The position numbers and the translations under genes are program-made. Shown one piece after another: positions 13,142-25,200 of a stretch of 64,000 bases of DNA. Numbering within the stretch: position 1 is the stretch's first letter; every line of letters starts with the position of its first letter. Origin of the DNA: Lama guanicoe (taxonomy: Eukaryota); assembly GCA_013239625.1 (NCBI GenBank), contig MU053629.1, positions 2,259,567 through 2,323,566 of the forward strand, written 5' to 3'. The notes under the pieces were generated by a model that saw nothing but the letters and a program-made list of their open reading frames with translations, was not told the origin of the DNA and did no database searches.

Positions 13142-13984
13142 AAAACTGTACTCTTTTTGCCTTTGTACATTCAGGCAAGAAGAGAAAATAAATCTTTTTA
13201 AGAGACAATCACAAATCTGTGAGGGCTGCTGGTTATTTCTCCCGGAGTTTGCTGCTGAGCTGCCTCCTGCCTCCCCACTTTTCCGTTCTCCCTCAGCTTT
13301 CCTGATCTTCCTGGTCCTGCTCCATATGCGTCCTGAACTCCGCCTTCCCTGGCTGACGGCAAGCTGTTGAATCCAGTGTCCAGACTACCTGCCCTGCAGC
13401 CCTTTCCTGCCCAGCAGTGTTTCTGGCTTGGCCACAGGCCTACCCAGGAGCTTTGTCCTGTGCCTGGGCCTCTCCTGTCTTCCCCCATAGATCCCATTCA
13501 CCAAAGTGGCTTTGGACCCTGGGTACCCTGGGACCTGTCTCCCAGAAGCCCTGGCTTTGGGCACTCACCTGTGAAAACTATGCAGCTGGGAACTCTGCTT
13601 AAGAGTTTGCACTACTTAAACCTGCCTGGGAGCTAGAACAGATGGTTTTTAGGAATGAGTAGGAAACTAGCCCCTAATACTTCCCCCAGATTCCGGCCTC
13701 CAAAGTTCTCTGATCAAGAGCCCAGAGACTCATTCCCGGCTGGTGCGCTCCTGTGGCTACCCCATCAGAACAAGGGCTAAGGGTTTGTGGGTCAAGAGCA
13801 TTTGATCAGAATTTCAAAGGGTGGTACATTCTGAAACACAACCCACCCAAACCACTGTTCCACCTCTTGAACTGTCCCCCTTTCCTCTGATTTCCTCCTT
13901 CCCTGTTTTTCCCTCTTTCTATTTCCTTTTCTTAATTGGCTTTGGAATTGAAATATATTTTTAAATTATTTGTTGTATTTATTG

Positions 13985-13990
13985 AATAAA
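13985..13990 (+). terminator. Distal polyadenylation signal of ZNF609
   Basis: AATAAA preceded by TGTA and a U-rich tract (ttgttgtatttattgAATAAA), with U/GU-rich sequence downstream. Confidence 0.7.
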
Positions 13991-15296
13991 GTTTTTAATG
14001 TCCCTGTTCTTAAATTTAGACTTAGTTTGCCTTTCACATCTCTCCCCTCTGCTACTCCAAACCTCCCACCTCCAAGATATTTCACCTTCTAAGTTGTTTT
14101 TTAACTGGAGTACAGATCTGGGGTACCATATTTCTTTTCTGCCAGTGGTGTTAGTAGCAAGTGTTTTCTTTTTGAAAGAGAAATCTTAGCTGAGTGCCTT
14201 CCTAACTCCAGCTGTATTAAAGAGGATCCATCAGCAGATGGCAGCAGACCCCCAGGCATGCTTCCGGTCCACTCAGCTGGCTTTATGGACAGTGACTAAG
14301 TTTTCCTTGTTCTTTATCCCTGTATTGTAGAGTCCTTGGGTATGAATTTAGTATCTGAAGCCTGAAGTGCCTACATTAATGTGGCCACTGTCGGCACTCA
14401 CGTGGATCTGTTGTAAATATCTCACCGTAATGACCACTTTCAGTCAGACTTTGTGCTGCCGCTAGGGTTTATCTGCCCGGTGGGAGGCAGGTCAAGCCCT
14501 TCCCATGTCAGTTGACTGTCTCCAGGCGCAGGCCGTGTACAATTCTGTGTGGGGTGGAGGTGCTGAGCGCAGTTCTCTTGATGAATACCAGTGGAGTCCA
14601 AGGTTAATGACTTGGCCCAGCGTGAAAACACAAGTAAGCTCCACACAGAACAATGAGAAAATGGGCCAGAGACTCAGAAAACCTAAGGACAGCCACAGCT
14701 CCACAGTAAGTGGTTTCAAAGCTGCAGGAGGTGGAAGAGCATGCCCAGGCACTTCATTTGGGAAAACAGAAGCAAAAGGAAAAAAGTACTAGTTAAACCC
14801 TTGAGAAAGTAAAAAAAACAGAACACAGGTGAGGGGAATTCCAGCCCCGCTTGGGGCCCCGAGACCTCAGCCACCAGGCTGGTGGTGCAGGGGGGTGGGA
14901 GCCGCACCTCAGGGCACTGGGCTCCGAAAGGAGGAAACTCTCTTCCTGGGGAACCCAGCTTCAGGCCCCAGCCTTCTACACAAAAGGAACCACTGAGAAG
15001 GGCTTGGGTCCTGTGCAAGTAGCCTCAGTTCTGGATGAAGCTGTGTGTACGTACCGGGCTCTAGAGGGCTCTGGCATTCTGCCCCGGCCTCCTAGCAACC
15101 CCACGTTTTGCGGTGTCATGTGGCCCCGGAGACCTCGGCCTGCCCCTTCATCTGTCCTGATGCGCTGCTGCTTTTTTCCTGAGAAGCATGTATCACACCC
15201 CTCGCTGGGCTGGGCTCTAGGTTCAAAACACAGTAGGAGAAGGAAGCTGGCCCTGGTACAGGAATAAAGAACAGACCAACCACAACTTTAAATCAG

Positions 15297-15302
15297 TTTA
15301 TT
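15297..15302 (-). terminator. Distal polyadenylation signal of OAZ2
   Basis: TTTATT on + (AATAAA on -), followed on - by GU/U-rich GTTGTGGTTGGTCTGTTCTTT. Confidence 0.75.
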
Positions 15303-16390
15303 GACACAGTAACACAACATACTTGCCTCCCTGACACCCCCACCCCCCTCACCCAATCTAGATCTCTCCCCCTTAGAACAAGCTGTTCAGTGAAACCAGA
15401 AAAGGGCAGGCCGCTTCTACACCCCAGTCCCAGCCCTAAGCCCTGTGAAGCAGGGGCTCAGGCACCTCTCAGAACCTGTTAGGGAGGGAGGGGGGCAGTC
15501 AGCACAGAGGCATCTAGTCCCTAAGAACAAATTCCCCCACAAGCCCCAGGCCCTGAGTTGCTATTCCTCTTCCTCTCTGCTCTTTGTGACCCTAGGAAGG
15601 AGACACCTTGGGGCCTGAGCCTGTAGCCAAGAGCAAGAGCTCGCGGCTGTCATCTGTGAATTGGAGTTTGGCTAGTGTTTTTTAAGGCCCAGGCACCCCA
15701 GAAAAAGCCCTGGTGGTGGGAGTGAACTTCAATGTCCCTATTTTAAATGCATTGAGAACATGAAACAGATTAAGCCAGCTTAACCAAATGCCAGAGTAAC
15801 ACTAAGCTGTAAAGAAGGAGGGGAGGGGTCAGACCTGCCTTCTCCAGGCCAGACACAAAAGCACGGAGAGAAGCCCAGGCGGAGTGTCAAGAAACAACTC
15901 AAGGACACGGCCCAGGGGCTGAAAAGCCTGTACGCAGGGCCCCCAGGGTGACAGGAAGCAAGAAGAGAAAATACACAAGTCTTAAAAACCAAAAGAGAAA
16001 GTCCAACACCAGGGGAACCTGAGCCTGACAGTGCTGTCCGCCAGCCCCCCAGGCCTTGCCCCTCGACCCAGACAGCCCCTCCCCCTCTAGGCAGTGTCCT
16101 CCCCTAGGCTAAATAGAGCACATCACACAGCGCAGTTTAAAAAGCTTCTAATGCCAGTTCATAAACATCTTCATTTACTATTGGTGATTACATGTGAATA
16201 ATATGTTTATACTGTTCTTTATGGAAAACAATTTCAACAAGTCAACTCTGAGAACACAACAGGCAACCCTCACCCTGAGCCCCTCAGCGTCCTTCCCTAG
16301 ACGGCAAGAAGCCCCCTCCTCTGTCCCAGGGCTGCCTAACTTCCCCTCTTCCCCCACACTGGCTCTTGGGCAAAGCATCCTCTGTGACCA

Positions 16391-16521
16391 TTAGTCCTCA
16401 TCGGACAAGTTCCGGTCCAGGGGGTAAACCATGAACATCACATCTGGCCGAGAGGGGACACAGGGATGGCCTGGCTGCACAATCTCAAAGCCCAAGAAGC
16501 TGAAGGTCTTCAGGAGTGGCG
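16391..16521 (-). CDS. OAZ2: OAZ2 last coding exon (A)PLLKTFSFLGFEIVQPGHPCVPSRPDVMFMVYPLDRNLSDED-stop
   Basis: Acceptor ctcttctcttctgcag on -; antizyme C-terminal signature F.FLGFE; TAA at 16393-16391. Confidence 0.95.
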
Positions 16522-16759
16522 CTGCAGAAGAGAAGAGTGTAAAAAGAACTCTGATAAGAAACAAGGGAATATTCAGGTCAAGGGAAAACCCAAGACAAAG
16601 ATGGAATAAATAGGCGGTAGGTCTTTACTAACTTTGAACTCTCCCAGCCCCGTGCTTCCCCGGGGTCTGCGTGGCAGTCAGGAGCCCAGCTCGCCACCCG
16701 GGAGGCCCCTTGCCCCTCCCCAGCCCGGGCACTAGGTCTCGGGCTGCTCGGCCCCTCAC

Positions 16760-16845
16760 CTCTGTCTTCCCGGCCCTTCCTGAAGCAGATGAAGACATAG
16801 TTCACTTTCATCTTCTCTTCAGCAAACTCTAGCAGTGCTAACAAT
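16760..16845 (-). CDS. OAZ2: OAZ2 coding exon (G)LLALLEFAEEKMKVNYVFICFRKGREDR
   Basis: In ORF 16578-16844; ctgcag acceptor, gtgagg donor; antizyme LLEFAEE motif. Confidence 0.95.
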
Positions 16846-17631
16846 CTGCAGGAGGCAAAGAAAAAACATCTCAGCCCACTGCCACCCTCCAGACGCCCAC
16901 CGCCCCTGCGAAGGCCTTCCTGAGGCTTACAGCCAGCACTGTACAGGGGTTTTAGGGAGAAGGCTCCTACTTCAAGACCCCAGGAGTCCTAACTAAATTC
17001 AGAAAAAGATAAGCCACAATCCTTCAGAAAAATGTTATTAAACTATCTTTTCCTGGAATAAGAGTTCTTCATCTGAAATTAAAAACTAACCAACTTAACT
17101 AATGCAGTTCACAAGCACGTATCGGGCCTCGAAGGGGAAGCCAGTTTCCCAAGGGTCCTCCAGGGTTGCCAGGTGTGGTGATGACTGCCTGCTGCGGAGA
17201 GGGACTCTGGGCCCTGACACTGTCTGAAAGGATTTCCTCAAGCGGCTGGAGCCACTCAAGAGAACTCCATCCTCAGGACTGTTTCTTAGATAACCTGGGT
17301 GCTTGGAGGGCCTTGCCCAACCCAGTGAAGCCCCCCCAGTAAGAGCTGCTGGCCCACAGAACTGCACCAGTGTCAGGTGGCTCGAGGGGGATGTGACGTC
17401 CACTGGGAAGAGCGAACCACTGGGTGACTACATGACAGGAATCGGGTTAATGTGATAATGATCTGCTGTCATCATAACCTAGAGCAGGCCTGCTTTACTG
17501 TTAAACAGTATCTGCCTGGGCAGCCTACAGCTGGGGGGGAAGGCAGGCTCCCGACCCACCTGTTGTCCCCAGTGAGCATGCGCCCTTCTGCACCACAGGC
17601 TTCCTGCCCTTCCCCGGCACTTGCTCCTTAC

Positions 17632-17807
17632 CCTTCTTTGCTCCCATCAGCTAATAATCCATCTGGGATTTCTATAAACAGGCTCTGGCTGGACAGGACT
17701 GCATCCCAGGAAGAGACCTTCACCTCGGTGACCTCATACTGGAAGTGGACGATGTGAGGTTTTCCATCGTTCACAGGGAGGTCCTGGGTCACAGTGAGCT
17801 TCTCGTC
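17632..17807 (-). CDS. OAZ2: OAZ2 coding exon DEKLTVTQDLPVNDGKPH...GLLADGSKE(G)
   Basis: In ORF 17628-17840; CAG acceptor, gtaagg donor; phase-consistent (176 nt). Confidence 0.95.
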
Positions 17808-19050
17808 CTGGCGAGCGATGAGATCAGAGGACCAGGTCACTACTGCTTCTGGCCACGTCAGAGGCTCCCTAACCTAGACACCAACCTCAGGGTGGCATGG
17901 CACAGAAGGCACACTGAAAACATAAAGCAGCATTGTGGCTAAATGGAACCACCACTCATTGGGCACTGAGACCAGCTGATGTTGGCCAAAAGCCAGCATG
18001 ATGGGAAGGGAACTATTTACCAAGAGTCCACTAGATGCCAAGTCCTGTGCAAGGTACTTTCTCAGTCTTCAGTCACCACAGCAAGCACCTGAGGTAGGCA
18101 CCAGTATCCCCACTTTAAATCTAAGATACCAGGGGCCCAGAACAATTAAGCAACTGACCCAAAGCTCCATAGCTAATAAATGGCAGAGCTGAGATTCACA
18201 TCAGGCCTCCCTGACTGAAAGCCCATAGCTGTCTCCCCAACCATGCTCCTTCCCTTCCCTTCCCTCCCTGAAGGAGAAACCTCAAAAGCAAGTGTGGGTG
18301 TGCGTGCGGGCTCGGCTGCGGCCCAGGGCAACCAAAGCTGGCTTCCAGGTGACCACAGAGTCCATGCTGCCTCTCCCCTGCCAGCCTCAAGACACCAGGA
18401 CTCTGCTGCCCCGCCACCCTTCAACGCCAGCCTTAGGGAGAAACTAAACCAACTTCTAGGCTCGTTCATGGGAGATTAAAAGGCAGCAGAGGGCTAGCTG
18501 CTCCAGCCCAGATCACTCTCGGGACAGATTCCCAGGGCCCTCTACAGCTCCTGGGCTGTGCTCATGCTGCCAAAGTGACAGGTGACTGAGATGCAAGGCC
18601 CCCTCTCCTTACCAATCCCAACACTGCCCTCCCCACCACCTTCAGACTGGTAAGGGACAGAAGGCAGAATGCCCACGAGTCAAGGACAACGGGAAAACTC
18701 CTGGCCCTTGGTATTTCTCAAGAGAAACTGCGGGGTAGCACCAGGAAGAGCTCTCACGTTCCTTCACGCCTCGCTCCCACTCCTTCCCCCTCCACTCAGG
18801 ACCCAGAACCAGCACAGAAGTGCTGACCACTAAGCTGAGAGGACGGCAGGGTGTTTGCTCGGTGCTAACATCTTCCTTCTGGGACTCCCCAAAGGCCTCA
18901 CAGCAACCTCAGTTCAGAATGTCCTTCCCAACCCCACTACTGACCCGGCCTAAGGCTCAGGAGACTAAGGACAGTGATCACTGCCCTTAAGCAGACGCTC
19001 ACTGGTGTCAGAGGCCGCTGCCCCAAGCCTTCCACCCGAGTCCCCCTTAC

Positions 19051-19208
19051 CTTATATATTAGAGCTGAGAGAGAAGGATCCCTGCCGCCCCCTCGCCCAC
19101 CGGGGATCTTGGACAGTGGGTGAGGGGCATCAGGAGCACCACAGAGGCCCCGGAACAAGGTGCCTGCAGCGCTGGAGCTGGGGACAGTTACTCAAAGGCA
19201 AAATACTA
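19051..19208 (-). CDS. OAZ2: OAZ2 exon 2: end of ORF1 (...VPGPLWCS-UGA) and, in the +1 frame, start of ORF2 (DAPHPLSKIPGGRGGGRDPSLSALIYK)
   Basis: Acceptor tctctcttgcag, donor AAG|gtaagg; the two frames overlap at TCC-TGA-T. Confidence 0.95.
19077..19150 (-). promoter_or_regulatory. Antizyme +1 programmed ribosomal frameshift cassette (5' stimulator, UCC-UGA shift site 19135-19130, 3' pseudoknot)
   Basis: On -: GGGCCTCTGTGGTGC-TCC-TGA-TG-CCCCTCACCCACTG...GATCCC-CGGTGGGCGAGGGG...GGGATC. Stem 1 pairs CCCCUC.CCCAC with GUGGG.GAGGGG; stem 2 pairs GAUCCC (19108-19103) with GGGAUC (19082-19077). Confidence 0.95.
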
Positions 19209-22200
19209 CTGCAAGAGAGAGAAAGTGAGACAGTAAACACAAAGACTGGAAGATTTAACTCAGCATCCCAGCCGACCCCTGCCCTGGCGCTCCCTAAGCA
19301 AGTGCTCCCTCGACAACTGCCTCAGTGTAGCCCAGCCCCAGCGCCTTTCCTTACGCCAACAGTGTGTCAACAACCTGCGTGGCAGAATCACAAAGCCTCC
19401 ATGGTCACTTCAGGCTGGAGAGGCATGTGGGCCTCAGGAAGTCACTCTGGCCTGGGTACTGTGTCCCTGAGGGACTCCCAAGGCCACTTCCAATGATGGC
19501 TTCCTCCCTGATCTGAACAATGGAACTGGACAAGAAATTACTCACCTAAATCCCTCTAGGGTCAAAAACAGAATTAAATCCAGGGATTTACCTCCCCAAA
19601 AAGAGGAGGTGCACTACAGTACGGAGTATTACGGTACATGAGTTTGTCCCTTCTGTGCCACGAAATGCTGTCTTCTTGCCCGTCTTTGTTGGAATCTGGC
19701 CTGGGCGTGGACATTCAGGTGATACTGACCTGGTCAGAATGGACACTGAACTTCCTGTATGTTGCGGGCGTGGGAAGGAGGTATGCATGCTTACTGAGTA
19801 AGGAAGCCAATTATCAGATGGACCACAATTACAAGACTCCTAAAAGAGCGCCTGTCACCTCCAGGTGTGTCCCTTTCTGACCACCATGATTTTCAGGTGG
19901 ACCCACCAAGGGCTCCAGATCTGCTCCACTGCTTTTGAATCTAATTTACGGGCTCTTTAGGCTGAGATGTAGCTTATTCAACAGGCCCAGGGCAAGTGAA
20001 ACAAGGAAAGAGGAAAACTGTGCATGTGACACCATGACTCAGCAGCAGGCCTGGCCCTTGGCCCCCGCACACCAGCCTCAGGGCAACTGGAACACCAGGG
20101 GTAACATTTATGGGAGGGTGTTGCAGTGAGGTGCTGGAGCCAGCTCACCCAATATTGCACACCTCTTCCCAACTATGCATTCAGTGACGGCATGTTGGTA
20201 GCCATGAATCAGCCAGTGGTGTACTTAAACCATAGAAATCAGCCCATGCTATAAATCAAGGCCGTTCCCCCCTGAAAACCATCTGTAAAATGACGTGAGG
20301 CACCCTTCTGCTCACTGTCCTGCTTTAAGTGGTATGCCAGACTGAGGCTCAGAGTGACAGAAATGAACTCACACGTAACGTGGCAACGGTACGATAACCA
20401 GAGGTGCAGCCCACTGAGACAGACCCTCAGTACTAGGAGACCCATGCCAGCATTCCAGCTGAGACAGGAGGTCCAGACCCACCCCTGCTCTGGCTCGGTT
20501 CCTCCATTCTCTCAGGGATTTCAGTTGGTGCCTAAAATTACACTTGGAAATTTCACCGGGAGATCAAGTTCCCAGGACAGTGTCAGTGGGCCCAGAGCCG
20601 CATCAAGGGATGCATCACCTCCAGCCTCCTCTGGAAAGCCTCAGGGCATCCTCACCTCCCCTACTCTTGGCCTCACCACCAGCCCCTAGGAGAAGGGGCA
20701 TGACAGAGGACTGTGCTACTGTTTTCAAGAACAGGACTTATTTTCTACTGGAGACAATGAGCTGTTTAAAAAAAAAAAAGCAAAAAACCTTCCAGTGTGT
20801 TAAGGGATAGAATCATAGAATGTCCAGGCCAGAGAAGAAGGGCGGAGGTTTCCCCAGGCAAAGGTGCACACATGCCCCTAGTGAGACGGTTCCCTCCCCC
20901 GCTCCCTAGTGACCACCTCTCGGCCTCTGCTGAGGTTCATGCAGAAACACCAGGAAGGCCAGGCCATTGGAGACAGCTGGCTGGCTTGGGCAGTGGAGCT
21001 GCCTAAGGACTGGGCGAACCTCTGGGGTAGACAAGATGAGATACAGCCTTGGACACCAGGAGGACTGCATGGGTTCACACAACCGGATCACCAAGGCCCC
21101 TGCAGTCCTAGAATTCTGGTGCTAACTCACTTCCAGAGAAATTATCCCTCAGTAGTCTTTAGCAGGGAGAGCTATATTCAACCCCTGACCTGCATTCCAA
21201 CCACCGTCTTGATTCTGAACTAATTTTTCTTGAAAATAGCAGAAGTAATGGGGCCAATCCAATGAAAAGATCAGAATAAGATGGGTTTTCTTTTTTTAAG
21301 ATCCAGAATCCCGTGTCTTCCTAGAAGTAATCCCTAGGGTTACCCTGTGTCCAGCACTAATCTATGAGCGTGTGATATTTCTGGTATCACGATCTCACTT
21401 CTTTTCAAATAAAATGTAAGAAGTCTGTTCCATGGTAAAATACCATTTACTTCCCCACTCACACACAAGGATCCAGGGAACTCTTTCCTCCTCCACAAAG
21501 TCTGCACAGAAGGCAAGTGTGAGTGAGTAACAGGTAGAAGGGTGTTCCAGGTCCCCACCCTGGGATCCAGTTCCAGTTCCGTAAGAGAAGCAGCTGGGGT
21601 TTGGGATAAGCTTAGTACACAGATCACAATCAATAGTTATTTTCATCATCCATCATAATGGAACTGTTTTTAGTTACTTGCTGTGTCAATGGCAAACCGC
21701 TCTCTTTCAAAAAAACAAAACAAAACAAAAAAACAACCTGACTGTCATTTCTGGCATGAAAAGGGAAGGGATATGAGTACATATATGGTGGGTAAAGAAA
21801 TCAAGGGGCATAAAATCAGTCAGCAGTGGCCTTTCCTTCTTGTACTGACTTAAGTGTTCAAAATGGTATTGTGGCAAAGCACGCCACCAACCTCAGTAGG
21901 AATAGTGAATCCTGGAGGAACATGAGCACAAGACAAAGTGGCTTTTAAACACAAGTCTTCCTGTCACAAGATCCATGCCAGGTTAGGTTTCACATTCAGT
22001 TCGGTCATGTTGCTACTGGCTCCTGTGCCCAGCTTCTTCCATTCATTCCTTCCTCGCATCCTGCTCACTCCACTGGGGGGCAGGCATACTTTAATCCCTA
22101 CCACCAAAGGATGATTTAAGCAGCTCAACCTAGAGACTGAAAAGATCAGGCTGATTAAGGAGAATCAAACGTATTAGACTGAACTCAAACATCCAGCTGA

Positions 22201-25200
22201 GCTGGTCCTGCTTCTGGAGAAAAATATAAACCATGCTGGAAATGAGGGCGTTAGCTACCCAAGTTAATACGGAAGAGAGAGGAGATTTGAGCCAAATCAA
22301 AAAAAGCCAGTGCCTTTTATTTTCCCAGCTGTTATCAGACATGCCCTTGGAAACACTCCTCAGGATACTTAAGAATGCTACCAGCTTCCCACATCCTGCT
22401 GCCTCTAATTCACAGCATTCTGTGAAACTGGTGTCTGAAAAGTCCTTAGCAGGTTATAATTTCATACACTGGCTACAAACAGGCAGTGTATGCAGCAGGT
22501 GTATTCCTGGGGAATGCTGCTGGTAAATCAAATTTTTATCATTCAAATCTGATTTTTAAATCTCTAGGGTGCTTACTATTTAAAGAAAGTAGCCTAAAAT
22601 CTCTCGAGAAAGTAAAGGATCTCCTGTTAAAGAATCACTTCCAGTAGACTTTATGTCAGTTTTGATTTTTACATTTAGTTTGCTCAAAGCAGGGTACAGC
22701 CTGCTACATAGAGGTTTAATCAAAGTAATTCCATGGCTAACTTCCACTCAGCTACACTTAACAAATATTTGAATTCATATTCTCCTTGATACACTTTTGA
22801 TCATCTCTCTCTTGACTCAGTGGCCTGAGCTTGTTCAAGCCTGCACCCTTTCTGCTGGTTTCCATTCCCTGCTAGAGGAGGGTCAGATGGCCTTGCATTA
22901 CCTACCCTGTAGTATCGAGTGAAAAGACATAAAAACCACACTCCCAAACATTCTACATCCATTCCTCTCTCTCAGCCTCGTCTGCCCCATTCCGGTCTCA
23001 GCCCGGCCTACGGAGAACTCTCTAGGGCGCCCTAACTTCCCTCACATGGGCTGCTTTTACTCCGAGGCTAAGAAGGTCTCTGATGACTAATCCCTACACA
23101 GCAAAGAGGGACCAACCCAGGGCTGCCATCGCATTCAGCTACAAAGAAAAAGGAAGAAAGGTGGGAGGTGAGTGGCCACCTCCAGTCTAGTGTGAGCACA
23201 GAGCCTGGTTTCCAGCTGCCAATTCCCTTTTCAGATGAGAAAGGAGCCCTGGTCAGATGCCAAGTGTAAGTCATTTCACCAGGGCTGTTCTGTGCGCCAA
23301 AGGGAGTCTACTGGGTAAGCACGATTATAAAGAAAATGACATCACCATTCTGAATCACAGACTGAAAGCAAAACTGGGTTCTGGTTGATTTTCCACAAGA
23401 AACGCACTTATGGTGGCAGCTAGAATCTCCGTGCCTCTGAGGTTTGTTTATCTTGTTACACAGCTGATACCGATAATCTGCCACCAAAGGCCGGCACAGC
23501 CACACGTGCTGCCAGAGGTGGGTAGAGAGCAAGGCAATCGGCTTCAGTGTAAGACCTTAATTTTACATTTCAAGTACCTCAATCTTGTTTGTATAGAAAG
23601 CCCATCAGCCAGTTCAGCCCCTCTTCCCAGGATAAAATTACTTCATTGTTTAAACAATACCAAAGGCCTAGGAAATTTTCTTATGGCTTACCGTATACAA
23701 AGCACTTTATTCTGCTGCTGCTACCCGGAAACTACCTGTTTTGTTCACTTCAAGTAACAAAATTCTTGTCACCGACTTGGCTACTTCTGGTCTATAGATT
23801 TCAATTAGGCTTCATAGCCTTCCGAACTATGGTACCAACCTGAATCAACACTGTGTACTGTTTCAAAAGGGATGAATTACTTTTTTTTTTCTAGAAATGC
23901 ACATACAGAACATCCCTCTACCCAACTCCTCAGTCCCCTTTTTTATATTTCTGAGCTGCTCTAGAGCTAAACTTGGATTTCTTGGCAGAGTGAGGAATTA
24001 CTATTTTTAGTCTACACAGCTTTCCGAAGCATACCTCCAATTTGGGGGGGATTCCTGACGACACTAGGAGTGTCTTTCTCCATGGGATGACCTTGAAGGC
24101 ACATCACAGGAAAACTTCCTCTCCCTACCACCCCACACCCAGCGAGCCGCAGAAGGAGTAGTCACAATCAAATTCTTTGGGGGAGAGACAGGAACTCCAT
24201 CACCCAGGGAGCCACCGGTGAAGATGCTCGGGATAGCTAAGGCGTGCCTTGTACCCTGGCTGCCCCCAAGAACCACCACCTGTGGAACCAGCTGCTTCTC
24301 CTCAAAGCCCATCAGACACACACTGATCACAACACGGATATCAAGCCAGGGCAAGCTCTCCTCCGCACACCGTACTGTCACAAGATACTAAGCAAGCCCA
24401 AGGCAGAGACTATATTCCTGCCTCCGCAAATCCAGGGAGAGAAAGGTCATCCTTGGGTTTCAACCTGTTGTTCAAAAACCATAATAAAAGTTCTTGTACT
24501 TGGGTCTTCTTCCCTCCCCCACCATCAGAAATTTTTGACGTTTCTGAGGTAATCTGAACAAAACCAGAAAGGAAGAGCCTGGTTTTCAAAACATGCTGCA
24601 GGGCTCCTCTGCAGCTACTTCTTCCAGGAAACCAAGCCTCCACCTCGAGTATTTCACTGGGGCCTGGGAAGCTGGAAAGCCCATCCCCCACCAACGGGCC
24701 CTCAACTCCCAGCCGGCTCCCCGCTCTGTGAATACAAAACACCAAGGGCACAGACTGGGAAGAACATCCGGCTCTTATCGAAATCCCTAGTTCGAGCTCT
24801 ACCAGGATTCCTTTTAGAAAGTTAGGGGCAGGCCTAGAGGAGGCTCAGAAACACGCTATGGAAACAGGACTGCCATAACTCAAAGAAACCAGACACCCGG
24901 CACACACCACCCCACCCCCAGGCCAAAGTGGAGGAGCCTGATCCAAGGCCCTGCTCCTGCCCAGGCCCTGGCAGGCCAGCTGGCTCCTCCCTCCACCTGC
25001 CTTTCATACAGCCAAGCCCCTCAAATTACCAACACACCAAGCAAGGGCCCTGGAGACAAGCAAGCCTGTTTTGCCACTTAGGAATCTGGAAGGAGGCTTC
25101 AAAGCGAAGCGAACCCCACTCCCTCTTTTTACGTGTCATCCCGCTGGCAAAGCCAGAAGTAGAGCGCGGGTCTCTCAGCCTCACAGTGGGTGGAGACCCT

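Larger units (their letters stand above)
9580..14010 (+). other. ZNF609: ZNF609 non-coding terminal exon (long 3'UTR)
   Basis: Acceptor gtttcccttgcag (AG 9578-9579); no obvious interspersed repeats; U-rich patches; AATAAA at 13187-13192 and 13985-13990. The 3' end is inferred. Confidence 0.7.

Noticed and set aside
15263..15268. Plus-strand AATAAA facing the OAZ2 poly(A) signal as a bidirectional terminator
   Set aside because: Adequately explained as the complement of the U-rich downstream element of the OAZ2 site; no clear plus-strand downstream element.
19130..19135. In-frame stop and frame break suggesting an OAZ2 pseudogene or selenocysteine UGA
   Set aside because: All exons and splice sites are intact, and the downstream protein is in the +1 frame rather than frame 0; this is the canonical antizyme shift site.
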